A DNA stretch of 64,000 nt from Candidatus Omnitrophota bacterium (GTDB taxonomy: Bacteria; Omnitrophota; Omnitrophia; Omnitrophales; Aquincolibacteriaceae), in assembly GCA_035352955.1 (NCBI GenBank), contig DAOPYQ010000003.1, forward strand, positions 140,901 to 204,900, read 5' to 3'. The position numbers and the translations under genes were made by a program. Below are positions 1-9,940 of the stretch, piece by piece (within the stretch, counting starts at the first letter, position 1; each line of letters starts with the position of its first letter). The notes under the pieces are model-generated. The model saw nothing but the letters and a program-made list of their open reading frames with translations. It was not told where the DNA came from and did not search any database.

Positions 1-824
1 AATGATCTTCTTGAGCGTCCGGTGCAGGATCTTCACCAAAAGCGACCCTGAACGGAAATCCGCCGCTGCAAAATGTTCCGCCCGCTTCTGCGCGATCATC
101 TTCTTCACTTCGCGCGGGACCCTCTTCGAGGGATCATACACCGCGATCGCGTAACCGCCGGCCTTGTGCATCACCGTCATCGATGGCACATCCGTGATCC
201 CGTCCCCGATGTAGATCATGTTGCGGAACGGCACGCGGCGTTCCTCTTCAGGCATGTGATGGTTGATGCTGTCGGTCAGTTCGAGTTTTCCTTTGTTCAC
301 ACGAAAAAGAAATTGCGTCTTATTGGTATCGTTGATGACCAATTTTGGGAACACCGGGCGGCCCTTCTCATAGTCGTATTCACAGGCAAAGATCTTCTTG
401 AAATACTTGCGGATACTCACGCCGTCGAGGATCGCCTGGAGCCCGCTGGAAACGATATAATGTTCCAGCTTGATCCCGCACTCCGCCACATCCGGAATGG
501 TTTTCAAAAAATCCTGAAGCTGGTCAAAATACCCCTCATCGACCCCGGGATAATAGAGAACGCGGGAAGCAAGCCTTCGGAGGAGATCGCGGGTCAGCGG
601 TTTCTTGCGAAAAACCGGATCCGTAATGAGAAGCTTCAGATAGGCCAGGGTCTGTTCGTAACCCCGGTCGCGCACGAGCTTCTGGGACTTGGCCCAGAAT
701 TTCCTCTTATCAATCCCATACGCTTTGAAGATCGTCTCTTCCTGCATATTGCCGGGCGAAAGAGTCCCGTCAAAATCGTAGACGATCGCGATGATATTCT
801 GTGCCGCTTTCCGGACCATGCGGA
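1..824 (-). CDS. HAD-superfamily hydrolase (3' end lies beyond the window start)
   Basis: Reverse-strand translation from the ATG at 824-822 gives MVRKAAQNIIAIVYDFDGTLSPGN (HAD motif I DxDGT). Further in it gives IYIGDGITDVPSM (HAD motif IV GDGxxD). The frame stays open to position 1. It is not in the ORF track because it is truncated by the window edge. Confidence 0.75.
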
Positions 825-930
825 CCTGCCTTCCTCAAAAACTACAGCGGGTCTGTCCCTGCCGCTCCCTTCCGGGAACTCCGGCATAAACCAGACCCGC
901 TATGCAAATGGACTTCGGACAACGCTCTTG

Positions 931-1302
931 TTATTTTTCTTTGGGAGGCTGAGCGGGCTCGACCTTCAGGCCAAGGGTCCGCGCGCGTTCCACCTGGATA
1001 TATTGCGAAAGCGTCTTGATGTTCTGCGAAAAACTCTTTTTCTGATCGTCCGTCAACTTTTCATCGGCCCTCGGAAGCTGAATCTGACCGACCGGAAAAA
1101 GCAGTGCGGCTTCGTTACTGGGCACAAGGACGTCAATACGGCCGCTCACGTTATTCAGACGATAAAGTACGCCTTCGTAACCATAAAGCGAATAGGCTTC
1201 AGAAGGATTTACCTTTTTCGAATTGACCATTCCGGTCGAGATAAAAACCGACGAAACGATCAAAGCAACGGCCACGATTCCCGCAATAACGACATTCTTC
1301 AT
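931..1302 (-). CDS. small exported or membrane-anchored hypothetical protein (123 aa)
   Basis: The N-terminus MKNVVIAGIVAVALIVSSVFIS is a signal peptide or TM anchor. An SD-like AAGGGGG lies about 9 nt upstream of the ATG. No recognisable domain. Confidence 0.5.
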   Translation of the reverse strand: MKNVVIAGIVAVALIVSSVFISTGMVNSKKVNPSEAYSLYGYEGVLYRLNNVSGRIDVLVPSNEAALLFPVGQIQLPRADEKLTDDQKKSFSQNIKTLSQYIQVERARTLGLKVEPAQPPKEK

Positions 1303-1379
1303 TTCCTACCCCCTTAAACGGTTGAAAGAACTGCTGTTGTGAGTAAAGTATCGTCGCGTTGTTCCTTTTTTAAAGGGCC

Positions 1380-1937
1380 TTATTTGAAATACCGGTCCCG
1401 GTAGAACCGCAACTCATCGATCGATTCCCGAATATCGGCAAGCGCCCGGTGCGATTTGCCTTTCGGCGGCGTTTTGTCCTTGTCCTTCGGATACCACCGC
1501 GCGACCAACGCCTTGAGCGTGCTAACATCGACGTGCCGGTAATGAAGGTAGTCGTCGATCTTCGGCATATACTTGGCAAGGAACTTCCGGTCATGATGGA
1601 CGGAGTTACCGCACAGCGGTACTTTTTTGGGATTGCAGAATTCCTTGATCACGTCGAGCGTTAGCTGCTCGGCCTTCTTCACCGTCATCTCGGAAGCTTT
1701 GACGGCCTCGATCAGTCCGGACTCGGCGTGGTGTTTCTGATTCCATTCGTCCATCCCCTTCAGGATGGCCGCCGGCTGGTGGATCACAAGGTCCGGCCCT
1801 TCGGCCAGAACATTGAGGCTCCCGTCCGTAATGATCGTCGCAATCTCGATGATCCTCTCTTTTTCCGGATCGAGCCCCGTCATTTCCATATCGATCCAGA
1901 CCATATTATTGCGATGAATCTTCGGTTTCATGCTCAT
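1380..1937 (-). CDS. orn: oligoribonuclease (DEDDh 3'-5' exoribonuclease)
   Basis: VWIDMEMTGLDPEKERIIEIATIITDG ... NSVHHDRKFL ... HRALADIRESIDELRFYR are the Exo I-III motifs typical of Orn. Length is 185 aa. Confidence 0.9.
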   Translation of the reverse strand: MSMKPKIHRNNMVWIDMEMTGLDPEKERIIEIATIITDGSLNVLAEGPDLVIHQPAAILKGMDEWNQKHHAESGLIEAVKASEMTVKKAEQLTLDVIKEFCNPKKVPLCGNSVHHDRKFLAKYMPKIDDYLHYRHVDVSTLKALVARWYPKDKDKTPPKGKSHRALADIRESIDELRFYRDRYFK

Positions 1938-1989
1938 CCTGCCTTCTTTCTTTGTTCCGGTTCAATGGATCCGGAGCCCCGCACCCCGA

Positions 1990-2529
1990 TCAGGTACGGA
2001 AATCCTCGTTCGAGTAAATAAATTCATCAAACTGTTCTTCAAAGACCGACCGGAGAGCTTCGGAGGCCTCGACCATAAAATAAAACCCAGGGCTTACTTC
2101 CGGGATCTCGCTGTCGGCCTTACCCGTAGCCGTGAGCTTCAGTTTGTGGAACAAGTGCACCAGCACACTGATCATGGGAGGATGGTCCTTATCCGCGTTC
2201 GAGGCGTAAAGACTTTCACTGAAGCGTGTCGCGTTTTCGAGGGATTTCGGGGACTCGAACAGGGACATGACCTCGCGAAAAAAGATATTCTGCTCCTCCT
2301 TCCCCTCGATACGGTGGTTCTCGCAACAATCACGCCAGTAGGCACACCCGAGGGCGAGCTTGGAGGGAACATATTCCACGCAAAAAGTCTCGAAGGTCAC
2401 GTTTTTGAGGTCGGGCTCGCGGCGGGAGAACTCCCTGAAAACGAGATCGTGCCCGGTCGCGTCCAGCACAAGGTCGATCAGCCCCTTGGCGCATTTTTGC
2501 AATGAAGGTGTTTCCTTTTTCTGGGTCAC
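1990..2529 (-). CDS. hypothetical protein (179 aa)
   Basis: Complete ORF sitting directly upstream of orn on the same strand. It is Cys-rich (CAYWRDCCENH). No family recognised from sequence alone. Confidence 0.45.
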   Translation of the reverse strand: MTQKKETPSLQKCAKGLIDLVLDATGHDLVFREFSRREPDLKNVTFETFCVEYVPSKLALGCAYWRDCCENHRIEGKEEQNIFFREVMSLFESPKSLENATRFSESLYASNADKDHPPMISVLVHLFHKLKLTATGKADSEIPEVSPGFYFMVEASEALRSVFEEQFDEFIYSNEDFRT

Positions 2530-2707
2530 AAAACCGCTCGCTTTCTGATGTGGGTGCTATCCTATCAATCTCTCATGCGACTTGCAAGATGCGAAATACA
2601 CGGCCTCCCCCGCACAAGTAACCCCGCGGTCGCGTCGTCTGGTTATCCCCGGTTGCGATGTTAATTCATCCTACGTTTTGCCGTTTTTGTGATATAAAGG
2701 ACACCTT

Positions 2708-3532
2708 ATGCCCAGGCGGAAACTGTTCCGATTCAAACTGACCCGAAAACAAAAACGCAAACTGACGGCTCTCTTTCTCACAGGCCTTCTCATCGGGGCG
2801 GGCCTCTGGATCTACCAGCACCACGGACGCTTTTGGGTCCACCGCGTCGCTCCGGCGATCGGCAAACCCAAGATCGTTTTTGTGATCGACGACATCGGCT
2901 ACGACAATAAGTGTGAAACCCAGTTGAAACGCCTCGGCTCCAAAGTCACCTACGCCATCCTTCCGTTGTTGCCCTACTCCCGTTATTTCGGAGAGATGAG
3001 CCGCTCCACCGACGCCGAAGTCATCCTCCATCTGCCGCTTGATTCCGGTCAGAACAAAATCCCTGGCCGGGGGCTGATCGTCAGCGAAATGCCCGAGGCA
3101 GACATCCTGGACATCCTTCAGCGGGACCTGGATTCCGTGCCCCATCATATCGGCGTGAACAACCATATGGGCTCCCGCGGCACCACCGACCCCAAGGTCA
3201 TGACCGTGATTCTCAAGGAATTAAAGCGCAGAAGACTCTTCTTCCTCGACAGCTACACCACCACCGCCTCGGTCGCTCCCGAGATCTGCCGCTCGCTCGG
3301 CCTTCCTTTCCTCAAACGCGGCGTCTTTCTCGATAATGACGACAATTTCCGCGCCATCAAAGTCCAGATCGCGAGGCTCGAATCCGTCGCTCGCAAACAG
3401 GGCAACGCCATCGCGATCGGACACTACCGGAAAAAAACCCTGGAATTGCTGGCGCGGGAGATCCCGCGACTCGAAGAGGAAGGTTTTGAAATTATTTCCT
3501 TAAAAGACCTGCTGAAGATCCAGCGGGATTAA
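2708..3532 (+). CDS. divergent polysaccharide deacetylase family protein (YibQ-like), N-terminal TM anchor
   Basis: A TM helix (LTALFLTGLLIGAGLWIY) is followed by KIVFVIDDIGYD ... HLPLDS ... IGVNNHMGSRGT ... RRLFFLDSYTT ... AIAIGHYRKKT. This is the pattern of the divergent polysaccharide deacetylase family (PF04748). An SD AAGGA lies 7 nt upstream of the ATG. Confidence 0.8.
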   Translation: MPRRKLFRFKLTRKQKRKLTALFLTGLLIGAGLWIYQHHGRFWVHRVAPAIGKPKIVFVIDDIGYDNKCETQLKRLGSKVTYAILPLLPYSRYFGEMSRSTDAEVILHLPLDSGQNKIPGRGLIVSEMPEADILDILQRDLDSVPHHIGVNNHMGSRGTTDPKVMTVILKELKRRRLFFLDSYTTTASVAPEICRSLGLPFLKRGVFLDNDDNFRAIKVQIARLESVARKQGNAIAIGHYRKKTLELLAREIPRLEEEGFEIISLKDLLKIQRD

Positions 3533-3659
3533 TGACGAGCCTAGGGCAAAATTCAGAAATAAAAGATCAAGGTTAAGAACCCGCTTCGCGGTTTATTGAA
3601 AAGCGGCGCAGCCGTTACCGAGATTTTGCTCTTTGCCTTTAGAATTTTGAGCGGTTTTC

Positions 3660-5114
3660 TTAGGCAAGTTCGCCGCGGAAGGTTTCGTGGTGAAGTCCGG
3701 TGATGCGCATTTTGAGAAATTGCCCAGAAAGATCCTTCCGCGAAACAAAGACCACACGCCGGTCCTGATCGGTCCGGCCTACGAGCTCTTCCGGATTTTC
3801 CAAATTGCGCTTTTCCACAAAAACAGAGACCGTCTTTCCGACCAACTCCCGGCTCTTCTCCCCCACGATCCCGCGCTGAAGCGTCAAAAGCTCATGATTC
3901 CGTTGCGACTTTACCTCGAACGGCACATCATCCGGGAGCCTGGAAGCCGGGGTCCCGGGGCGCACGGAATACTTGTAGATGAACGCCCCGTCGAAACGGA
4001 TCTCCTCCAAGGCACGCCGGGTGGCTTGATGATCCTCCTCCGTCTCACCGGAGAACCCGACAATGATATCGGTCGTGATCGAAATATCCGGCACCCATTC
4101 CCTCAACCGGTCGATCTTCGCTTTATACTCGGCGTAGGTATGATAACGTTTCATGAGTTTCAACATTTTATCCGAACCGGACTGAAGCGGCAGATGGAAT
4201 CTCCGGCCGATCTTGGGATTGCGCGCAACCACCCGGAACAACTCCTCATTCGCGTCCGTGGGATGGGAGGTGGTGAATGAAATACGTTCCAGCTTCTCGA
4301 TCGCACACAATCTCTCCAAAAGTTCAGCGAACCTCACCTCCCGCGCAGCGTTCAGCGCGCAACGGTCAACGGCTGGATCACTCGTTGTGCGTTGCGCGTT
4401 GCCCGTCAAACCACCGTTATACGAATTTACATTCTGTCCAAGCAGCGTGATCCATTTTACGCCGTCCGCGACAAGACGCCGGGCTTCCCGCTCAACCTCC
4501 GCGGCCGGCATGGAAACTTCGGCGCCGCGGGTCATCGGAACGACACAGAACGTGCATTCCTTGTTGCACCCCGTCATGATCGGAAGCCACGCGTGAAAAC
4601 CACTGTCGCGCTTCGTGAACTCGCTGTATTCGATGGAAATTCCGTCCTGTTTGATGCGGAGGACATGCTTTCGCGTTTCATAAACCTGACGGATCATTTC
4701 CGGAAGCTCTTTAATATGACGGGTCCCGACCATCAGATCCAGATACGGAAATCTTTTGAAGAGTTTTTCCCGGTGCTCCTCGACCATGCAACCCATAAGC
4801 CCGATGACCAGGGACGGATTTTCTTTCTTTTCCTTGCCAAGCATCCCGAGACGGCCCCACACCCGCTCTTCCGCATGCTCCCGCACCGAGCAGGTATTCA
4901 TTAAAATGATATCGGGCCGGAGAGATTCATCGGGCACCTCAACGCCCGCATGTGTCGACTGAGGCGACAGATGCCGCGCCAGATTCCTCCAAACCTCATT
5001 ATCCTCGGCCTCCGTAATGACCTGAAAGCCCGCTTTCTCCAAAATGCCGGCCGCCACCTGGCTGTCGTAGGCGTTCATCTGGCATCCGAAGGTTTTTAAT
5101 ACTACTTTTTTCAT
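3660..5114 (-). CDS. miaB: tRNA (N6-isopentenyladenosine37) methylthiotransferase, MiaB-like radical SAM enzyme
   Basis: The N-terminal MTTase motif is KTFGCQMNAYDSQ. The radical-SAM site is CNKECTFCVVP. A C-terminal TRAM domain is present. A ~20-aa insertion (LTGNAQRTTSDPAVDRCALNAAREV) sits between the radical-SAM core and the TSHP motif. Confidence 0.85.
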   Translation of the reverse strand: MKKVVLKTFGCQMNAYDSQVAAGILEKAGFQVITEAEDNEVWRNLARHLSPQSTHAGVEVPDESLRPDIILMNTCSVREHAEERVWGRLGMLGKEKKENPSLVIGLMGCMVEEHREKLFKRFPYLDLMVGTRHIKELPEMIRQVYETRKHVLRIKQDGISIEYSEFTKRDSGFHAWLPIMTGCNKECTFCVVPMTRGAEVSMPAAEVEREARRLVADGVKWITLLGQNVNSYNGGLTGNAQRTTSDPAVDRCALNAAREVRFAELLERLCAIEKLERISFTTSHPTDANEELFRVVARNPKIGRRFHLPLQSGSDKMLKLMKRYHTYAEYKAKIDRLREWVPDISITTDIIVGFSGETEEDHQATRRALEEIRFDGAFIYKYSVRPGTPASRLPDDVPFEVKSQRNHELLTLQRGIVGEKSRELVGKTVSVFVEKRNLENPEELVGRTDQDRRVVFVSRKDLSGQFLKMRITGLHHETFRGELA

Positions 5115-5340
5115 ATCATGACAGGGCTTTCGCAGCCCATGCGCTCCATTGTCTTAAACTGGACGGGTAATAAGAACCGCCTCATTGATACTCGCTGCAA
5201 AGGGAAGAAAGGCAAGGAACCGTCCCGATTTCTTTATGGTAAAAATCACTCCCTGAAATAGAATCCATCCTCCCACCATTCCTTAGGAGGATCGGAAACA
5301 CGGCAGAAAAACTCCGAGGCTCAGCGAACAGAGGCGGAAC

Positions 5341-5823
5341 TCAAGATTCGAACTGCATGCCCGCAAGATAAAAACCGGGAAGAGCCTCTTTCACCCACAC
5401 AACCTTCCCCACGGAACGGATCGGTTCGCATTGATCAAAAAGAGAGATCCGGACCTCGAAGCGGGCGCCAGCCTCGACGCGATGTTCCGACTCGAAACAC
5501 AGCCCCTGGTGGGAAAAATTAACGCAGTACGCCGACAGTTCCTTGAACAGGCCCCGTTCTTTGAAAATCAGGCGGACCTTCCCGAGCGCGCTCCGACGAT
5601 TGACCAGCCGTTTGTCTGCGGCACTTTCCGAAAAAGATTTGGACTGGAGAAGGTCGGAAAGCAAGCTATAGCGCCGCATCGCATCGGCCCCGAGCCCTTT
5701 CAGGACCCCGCAAACATAGGGATCTTCCACGACGCCGAGCATGTCGGTGACCCGGTAGATCATCTTCCTCTCCAGACACGCAACCTGCTCGAAATACTGG
5801 ATATAATCCCGTTTAGAAAACAT
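5341..5823 (-). CDS. PilZ-domain protein (c-di-GMP receptor-like)
   Basis: The C-terminal half has RLVNRR (RxxxR) followed 26 aa later by NFSHQG ((D/N)xSxxG), then GKVVWVKE. These are the PilZ signature motifs. Confidence 0.5.
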   Translation of the reverse strand: MFSKRDYIQYFEQVACLERKMIYRVTDMLGVVEDPYVCGVLKGLGADAMRRYSLLSDLLQSKSFSESAADKRLVNRRSALGKVRLIFKERGLFKELSAYCVNFSHQGLCFESEHRVEAGARFEVRISLFDQCEPIRSVGKVVWVKEALPGFYLAGMQFES

Positions 5824-6052
5824 CTTGCTCCGAAGCCTCGACCGTTGAGATCAATTGCCGATAGGTTTTTATATGCGATTCGGACTCACGTTTTAAATGC
5901 AAAAGCAGTTCCTTCACACGGGTCTGTTCTTCGGATTTTAAATTTGAGAGGAAAAGAGGGTTGTCCGCGTTTTGGGCATAGACACGGATCGCGTGGGACT
6001 CTTCTTCGGAACAACGCTGGAGCATGGCAAGCAATTCTTCTTTCGAGACCAA
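5813..6052 (-). CDS. small helical hypothetical protein (79 aa, TTG start)
   Basis: A strong SD AAGAGGAGA lies 5 nt upstream of the TTG start. It overlaps the PilZ gene start by 11 nt, implying an operon and translational coupling. Confidence 0.45.
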   Translation of the reverse strand: MVSKEELLAMLQRCSEEESHAIRVYAQNADNPLFLSNLKSEEQTRVKELLLHLKRESESHIKTYRQLISTVEASEQDVF

Positions 6053-6185
6053 TGCGTCTCCTCTTGTCTCACATTTCTTGAAATTCTAAACATCTACTCC
6101 AGATCGCGCGAAAAGTATAATAGCCGCCACCCTAAAACACAAGAGCGCCGGACCTTTTCCGCCTTCACGCCGCCCAACAAACCGA

Positions 6186-8762
6186 TCATTCAAAAAAACA
6201 GACGATCTTCTGCGAAAGGATGTCCGCCGCGATCTTGAGCGCGCTCTTCTTCACGTCGTAGACTTTGACGGTATCCTCGTATTTCTTGTACTGCGGCGCC
6301 AGTTTACGGAGCGTTTTGGGGATCGTGTCAAAGAACTTCTGATCCATAAAAACGCCGGCGTTGTCCGGGAAAAGCGCGACATAAAAGATCCCGGTTTCCA
6401 CGAGATCCTGAAAAAAATGAGTGCCAAACGAGATCTCCGGCGCGGCGTTCTCCGTCACAAACGCGATCTCCCCCAGCACCGTAATGTGGTTGATCTCGGA
6501 AAAAGAGACCGGCACACCCAGCGACGGAGTCGTTGTTCCCCATCGGCCGGGGCCCAAAAGCATGACGGCCGCCTTATCGCGTCCGCCGATCTGGCGATTG
6601 AGTTCTCCGATGACCCGCGCGATATCGTAACGGTCGGACTGCGAATCAAGCGCGCAGTACGCCTCAGGCGAAACATAAATGATCTTGTCGATCGTCTGCA
6701 TGATGTTCCCGCCGAGAAAATTCCCTTTCGACTGAAACAGAACCTTGTTCTTGGGAATCGTCTTCGGGATCTTGACGCGGTGGCCGAGCCCCTTCGTCTG
6801 CATGGGGCGGCACTGGAGGAGGTTGATCTGGAACTCCCCGTCTTTTTTAAAATTCACCGTAAATTCGATGTCAACGGGATACCCATAGGCCGACTCTAGC
6901 GTCTTGAGAATCTTTTGCAGAATTTCGCTGAACGGAGTTTTTGAAACCAGGTTATCGAACGTAAGGATCCAGGGTTCATCCTCCGAACCCATTTCGCGCA
7001 ATTTTTCAACAGCCTCATCGTCCCGGATCGCGAGAAGGTCCAGGTGCGCGCAAACTTTTTTCCGGAGCAATTCCCGGAATGGGACGGTCTGAAGGATATT
7101 CTCCTTGATGTCCAGAACGTCGACATCGTGCTGGGAAAAGCGTTGCGTCGCCGTCATCCCGGCGTACGCCTTGAGAAGCGGCTCATCCAAAGCAACGATC
7201 CTCGGATAATCCCCCTCAACGCGGTTAACCGAACGCGTCCCGAGGCCCAGCACCAGCCGCAGCATCCCCGCTTTCGGGTCCAGGCCTCCCTTCCATACAA
7301 AAACGTTTTGAGAGATCCCGACACCCGCGGCATCGGGGAAGAAATAATCGTCATGATAAGCCCCCGAAACACGCTGGACGAGAAGCGCCATCTGTTCGTC
7401 CATCTGGTCCAAGCCGCGCTGCAACCGGTAGGCCAACGCATCCTCATTCATGGTCGATGCATAGATCCGGCGGACCGCTTCGACAAATTTCGCGTAACGT
7501 TCGTCCGGTGTTCCCTGATTCACGAGAAAAACGCTCTCGTATTTCCCGGCGAAAGCGTTCCCGTAGCTGTCCTCCAGCAGGCTGCTGGACCGGACGATGA
7601 TCGGCGACTGACCGAAATATTCGATCATTTGCTGGAATTGCTCCTTGATCTCTTCGGGAAAAACACCGGCCAGCAGTTTTGTCCGGAGGTTTCGCGCGAC
7701 TTCGATGTAACCTTCCTTGGTCCGCTGGGCCATATGCTCTTTCCACCAGCCGTTTTCCACCATGTAGGTATAGAACACGTCCGAACCGATATAGAACGAA
7801 TCGTGCGGTTCGAAAAGTTTCGTGCCGTTGAGACTTTTCTCCTTCGCGAGAATGCTCCGGGCGATCAGCATGCCCACCGTTTTCCCACCGATGTAACCCG
7901 TGCCGACCATGCGCGATTTGATCGTCAGGAAATCATCGAGCGAGAAATTCTCCTTGGCGAGCTTCAGGATCTTCTCATCCCGCGCGATAATCAGCCGGCT
8001 CAGCTGGTCGATCATCTGCTCTCTCACCTCCGGTGAGCTTTTTTTCTTTTCCGCAAGTTCTTCCGCTCTCATGAAAAGCTGGTCCCAGTAGTCCAGGTTC
8101 CGCTTGGCGCTCTTTGAGCCTCTTTTGAAGATCTCGGCAAAAACCTTAGCGGTATCCGCGCTGTTCGCGATCGGAACGAACTTTTCTTTCTGCCGGATGT
8201 GCGGCAAGAACATGGTCGGCGAGTAACGGTTCCAGACCTTCAGGAGATGGATGTAACAATCTCCGTGAAAATGATAGACGTCGATCAGAAGCTGCGTCGT
8301 GTCGCGGATACGGGCGACGGTCTTGAACGAGTGACGGCTCCGGAGCAGCGCAAAATAGGCGATCGTGTTCAGCTCAAAAAGGTACGGGCAAGTGATCTTG
8401 AAAAAATTTCCGATCATCAGGTCGTTCGACCAGACGGAAAGAAGGTCGGAAAGACAGTCGAACACATAGAAAACCCCTTCACCTTCGCTCTTGATGATCC
8501 CGTTCAGCTGGGCAGAGAACGGTTCAAATCCGGAATGAGGATCAAGATGGTAGACTTTGATCCCCTTCTCGGCCTTCAGAAGCGGCTCATGATTGGCGAA
8601 ACGGATATAGACCAGTTTTCTCTTTTCCTCAAGCGCCTTTTGAACGAACGGGTCCACGAATTCCTTGTAATGATGAAGGGCGTCGATCTGCCACACCACG
8701 TTATCCCCCAGCTGCAACCCCGTAATAACCTTATCAAGACCTTTGACGCCCGTACTGACCAT
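6186..8762 (-). CDS. PEP/pyruvate-binding (PPDK_N / PpsA N-terminal-like ATP-grasp) domain protein with degenerate KaiC/RecA-like N-terminal domain
   Basis: IVRSSSLLEDSYGNAFAGKYESV is the hallmark of the PEP-utilising enzyme nucleotide-binding domain (PF01326). The N-terminal STGVKGLDKVITGLQLGDNVVWQ resembles the KaiC/RadA fold but has no GxxxxGK(T/S) P-loop. No swivel phospho-His domain was recognised. Confidence 0.65.
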   Translation of the reverse strand: MVSTGVKGLDKVITGLQLGDNVVWQIDALHHYKEFVDPFVQKALEEKRKLVYIRFANHEPLLKAEKGIKVYHLDPHSGFEPFSAQLNGIIKSEGEGVFYVFDCLSDLLSVWSNDLMIGNFFKITCPYLFELNTIAYFALLRSRHSFKTVARIRDTTQLLIDVYHFHGDCYIHLLKVWNRYSPTMFLPHIRQKEKFVPIANSADTAKVFAEIFKRGSKSAKRNLDYWDQLFMRAEELAEKKKSSPEVREQMIDQLSRLIIARDEKILKLAKENFSLDDFLTIKSRMVGTGYIGGKTVGMLIARSILAKEKSLNGTKLFEPHDSFYIGSDVFYTYMVENGWWKEHMAQRTKEGYIEVARNLRTKLLAGVFPEEIKEQFQQMIEYFGQSPIIVRSSSLLEDSYGNAFAGKYESVFLVNQGTPDERYAKFVEAVRRIYASTMNEDALAYRLQRGLDQMDEQMALLVQRVSGAYHDDYFFPDAAGVGISQNVFVWKGGLDPKAGMLRLVLGLGTRSVNRVEGDYPRIVALDEPLLKAYAGMTATQRFSQHDVDVLDIKENILQTVPFRELLRKKVCAHLDLLAIRDDEAVEKLREMGSEDEPWILTFDNLVSKTPFSEILQKILKTLESAYGYPVDIEFTVNFKKDGEFQINLLQCRPMQTKGLGHRVKIPKTIPKNKVLFQSKGNFLGGNIMQTIDKIIYVSPEAYCALDSQSDRYDIARVIGELNRQIGGRDKAAVMLLGPGRWGTTTPSLGVPVSFSEINHITVLGEIAFVTENAAPEISFGTHFFQDLVETGIFYVALFPDNAGVFMDQKFFDTIPKTLRKLAPQYKKYEDTVKVYDVKKSALKIAADILSQKIVCFFE

Positions 8763-8765
8763 GCG

Positions 8766-9374
8766 TTAATCCTTTCCTTCTGTGGAATTAAAATATTTAA
8801 AAACAACGGTTTCAACATCCTCAAGCCAGCGTTTCCGTTCTTCCGGCGAGCTGGTCACGACAACTCCGTAGGTTTTCCTGTAAATTTCCTTAACGCCGCA
8901 ATACTCCAGCACACACCGGCGCCAGAGCGTTTCGAGCGGGTCCCCGAACACCGCCCCCTCGCGCTCCGCGGGCGTATCCGACGTATTTAAAATAAGCGCA
9001 GTCCTGGCTTTCAGTAAACCAACCGGCGCGCCTTCGCCGCTATCCCCCTCGGCGAACCGGTATGCGACCCCCGCGCGAACGACCCGGTCGATCCATCCCT
9101 TCAAGATCGCGGGCGGCTGCCCCCACCAGTTGGGATGGATGATCACAAGTCCCTCGGCCGCAGCAAGGTCATCGCAGTGCTGTCGGATCTCCGGGGCGAG
9201 TCTGGCGTTCGCGCCGATCTCTCCGGCGCGGATCACGGGATCGAATTTTTCCTGATAAAGATCGTGGAACATTACGCCATGCCCCAGCGCCTGAAGCGCC
9301 TTCACGACCGTCCCTGCGATCGCGTGATTAAAACTTCCGGACCTCGGATGCCCAAGGATCACCAAAACTTTCAT
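8766..9374 (-). CDS. flavodoxin-like fold NAD(P)H-dependent (quinone) oxidoreductase (Flavodoxin_2 family)
   Basis: MKVLVILGHPRSGSFNHAI ... LVIIHPNWWGQPPAILKGWIDRV is the typical NQO/MdaB/azoreductase-type flavodoxin-like fold. It sits 4 nt downstream of the GNAT gene. Confidence 0.75.
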   Translation of the reverse strand: MKVLVILGHPRSGSFNHAIAGTVVKALQALGHGVMFHDLYQEKFDPVIRAGEIGANARLAPEIRQHCDDLAAAEGLVIIHPNWWGQPPAILKGWIDRVVRAGVAYRFAEGDSGEGAPVGLLKARTALILNTSDTPAEREGAVFGDPLETLWRRCVLEYCGVKEIYRKTYGVVVTSSPEERKRWLEDVETVVFKYFNSTEGKD

Positions 9375-9892
9375 GCGTAACCTTTCATGGCCAAAAACCC
9401 TTTCGGATCCGCCAGCACGACCGAGGTTTCGATCTGCCGGGCCGGAATCACCCAGTATTTCCGGAGCAACCGGTCCTTCTCGTTTTCCGTCACAAGTTTG
9501 AATCCGTACTTTTCATAGAAATGAATGGCCCAAATCGCAGCCTTCCAGGTGCCGACCAGAACCGGACGTGTTGTCTTTTCCTTAAGGAACGACAGCAGCA
9601 TCCCTCCGATCCCGCGGTTCCGTTTCGGAGTGCGCACATACGCGTGACGGATCAGCGTTACGTCCTGAACGTCCTGGATCCCCATCACGCCGGCAAGTTC
9701 ACCCTCATCCTCATAACCCCAGAAACGGACACCGGCCGCCAACTCAGACCGCAGGTATTCTTCCGTCATATACGGCTCATGCCAACAATCCACCGGGATC
9801 ACACCTTTATAAGCTGCTGCGGCATCGTTCACAATCCCGAGGATCGGTTTCACATCATGGGCAGTACACGAACGGATCATAATGAACGTCAT
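9371..9892 (-). CDS. GNAT family N-acetyltransferase
   Basis: The acetyl-CoA binding motif RGIGGMLL...KYGF is present. Length is 173 aa. It overlaps the downstream gene by 4 nt (ATGA). Confidence 0.8.
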   Translation of the reverse strand: MTFIMIRSCTAHDVKPILGIVNDAAAAYKGVIPVDCWHEPYMTEEYLRSELAAGVRFWGYEDEGELAGVMGIQDVQDVTLIRHAYVRTPKRNRGIGGMLLSFLKEKTTRPVLVGTWKAAIWAIHFYEKYGFKLVTENEKDRLLRKYWVIPARQIETSVVLADPKGFLAMKGYA

Positions 9893-9940
9893 TATATTGG
9901 GAGTGACGGGTCCTGAACAGAAAGATTTAGAAAGGAGCCC

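Noticed and set aside
73-1317. 414-aa plus-strand ORF
   Set aside because: It is antisense to the HAD hydrolase (with clear DxDGT/GDGxxD motifs on the minus strand) and to the small exported protein. Its Arg/His-rich low-complexity translation is typical of a GC-rich shadow ORF.
2670-2700. Extended -10 promoter (TGaTATAAA) for the deacetylase gene
   Set aside because: The predicted TSS would fall downstream of the gene's own SD, so the geometry is inconsistent and the promoter was left uncalled.
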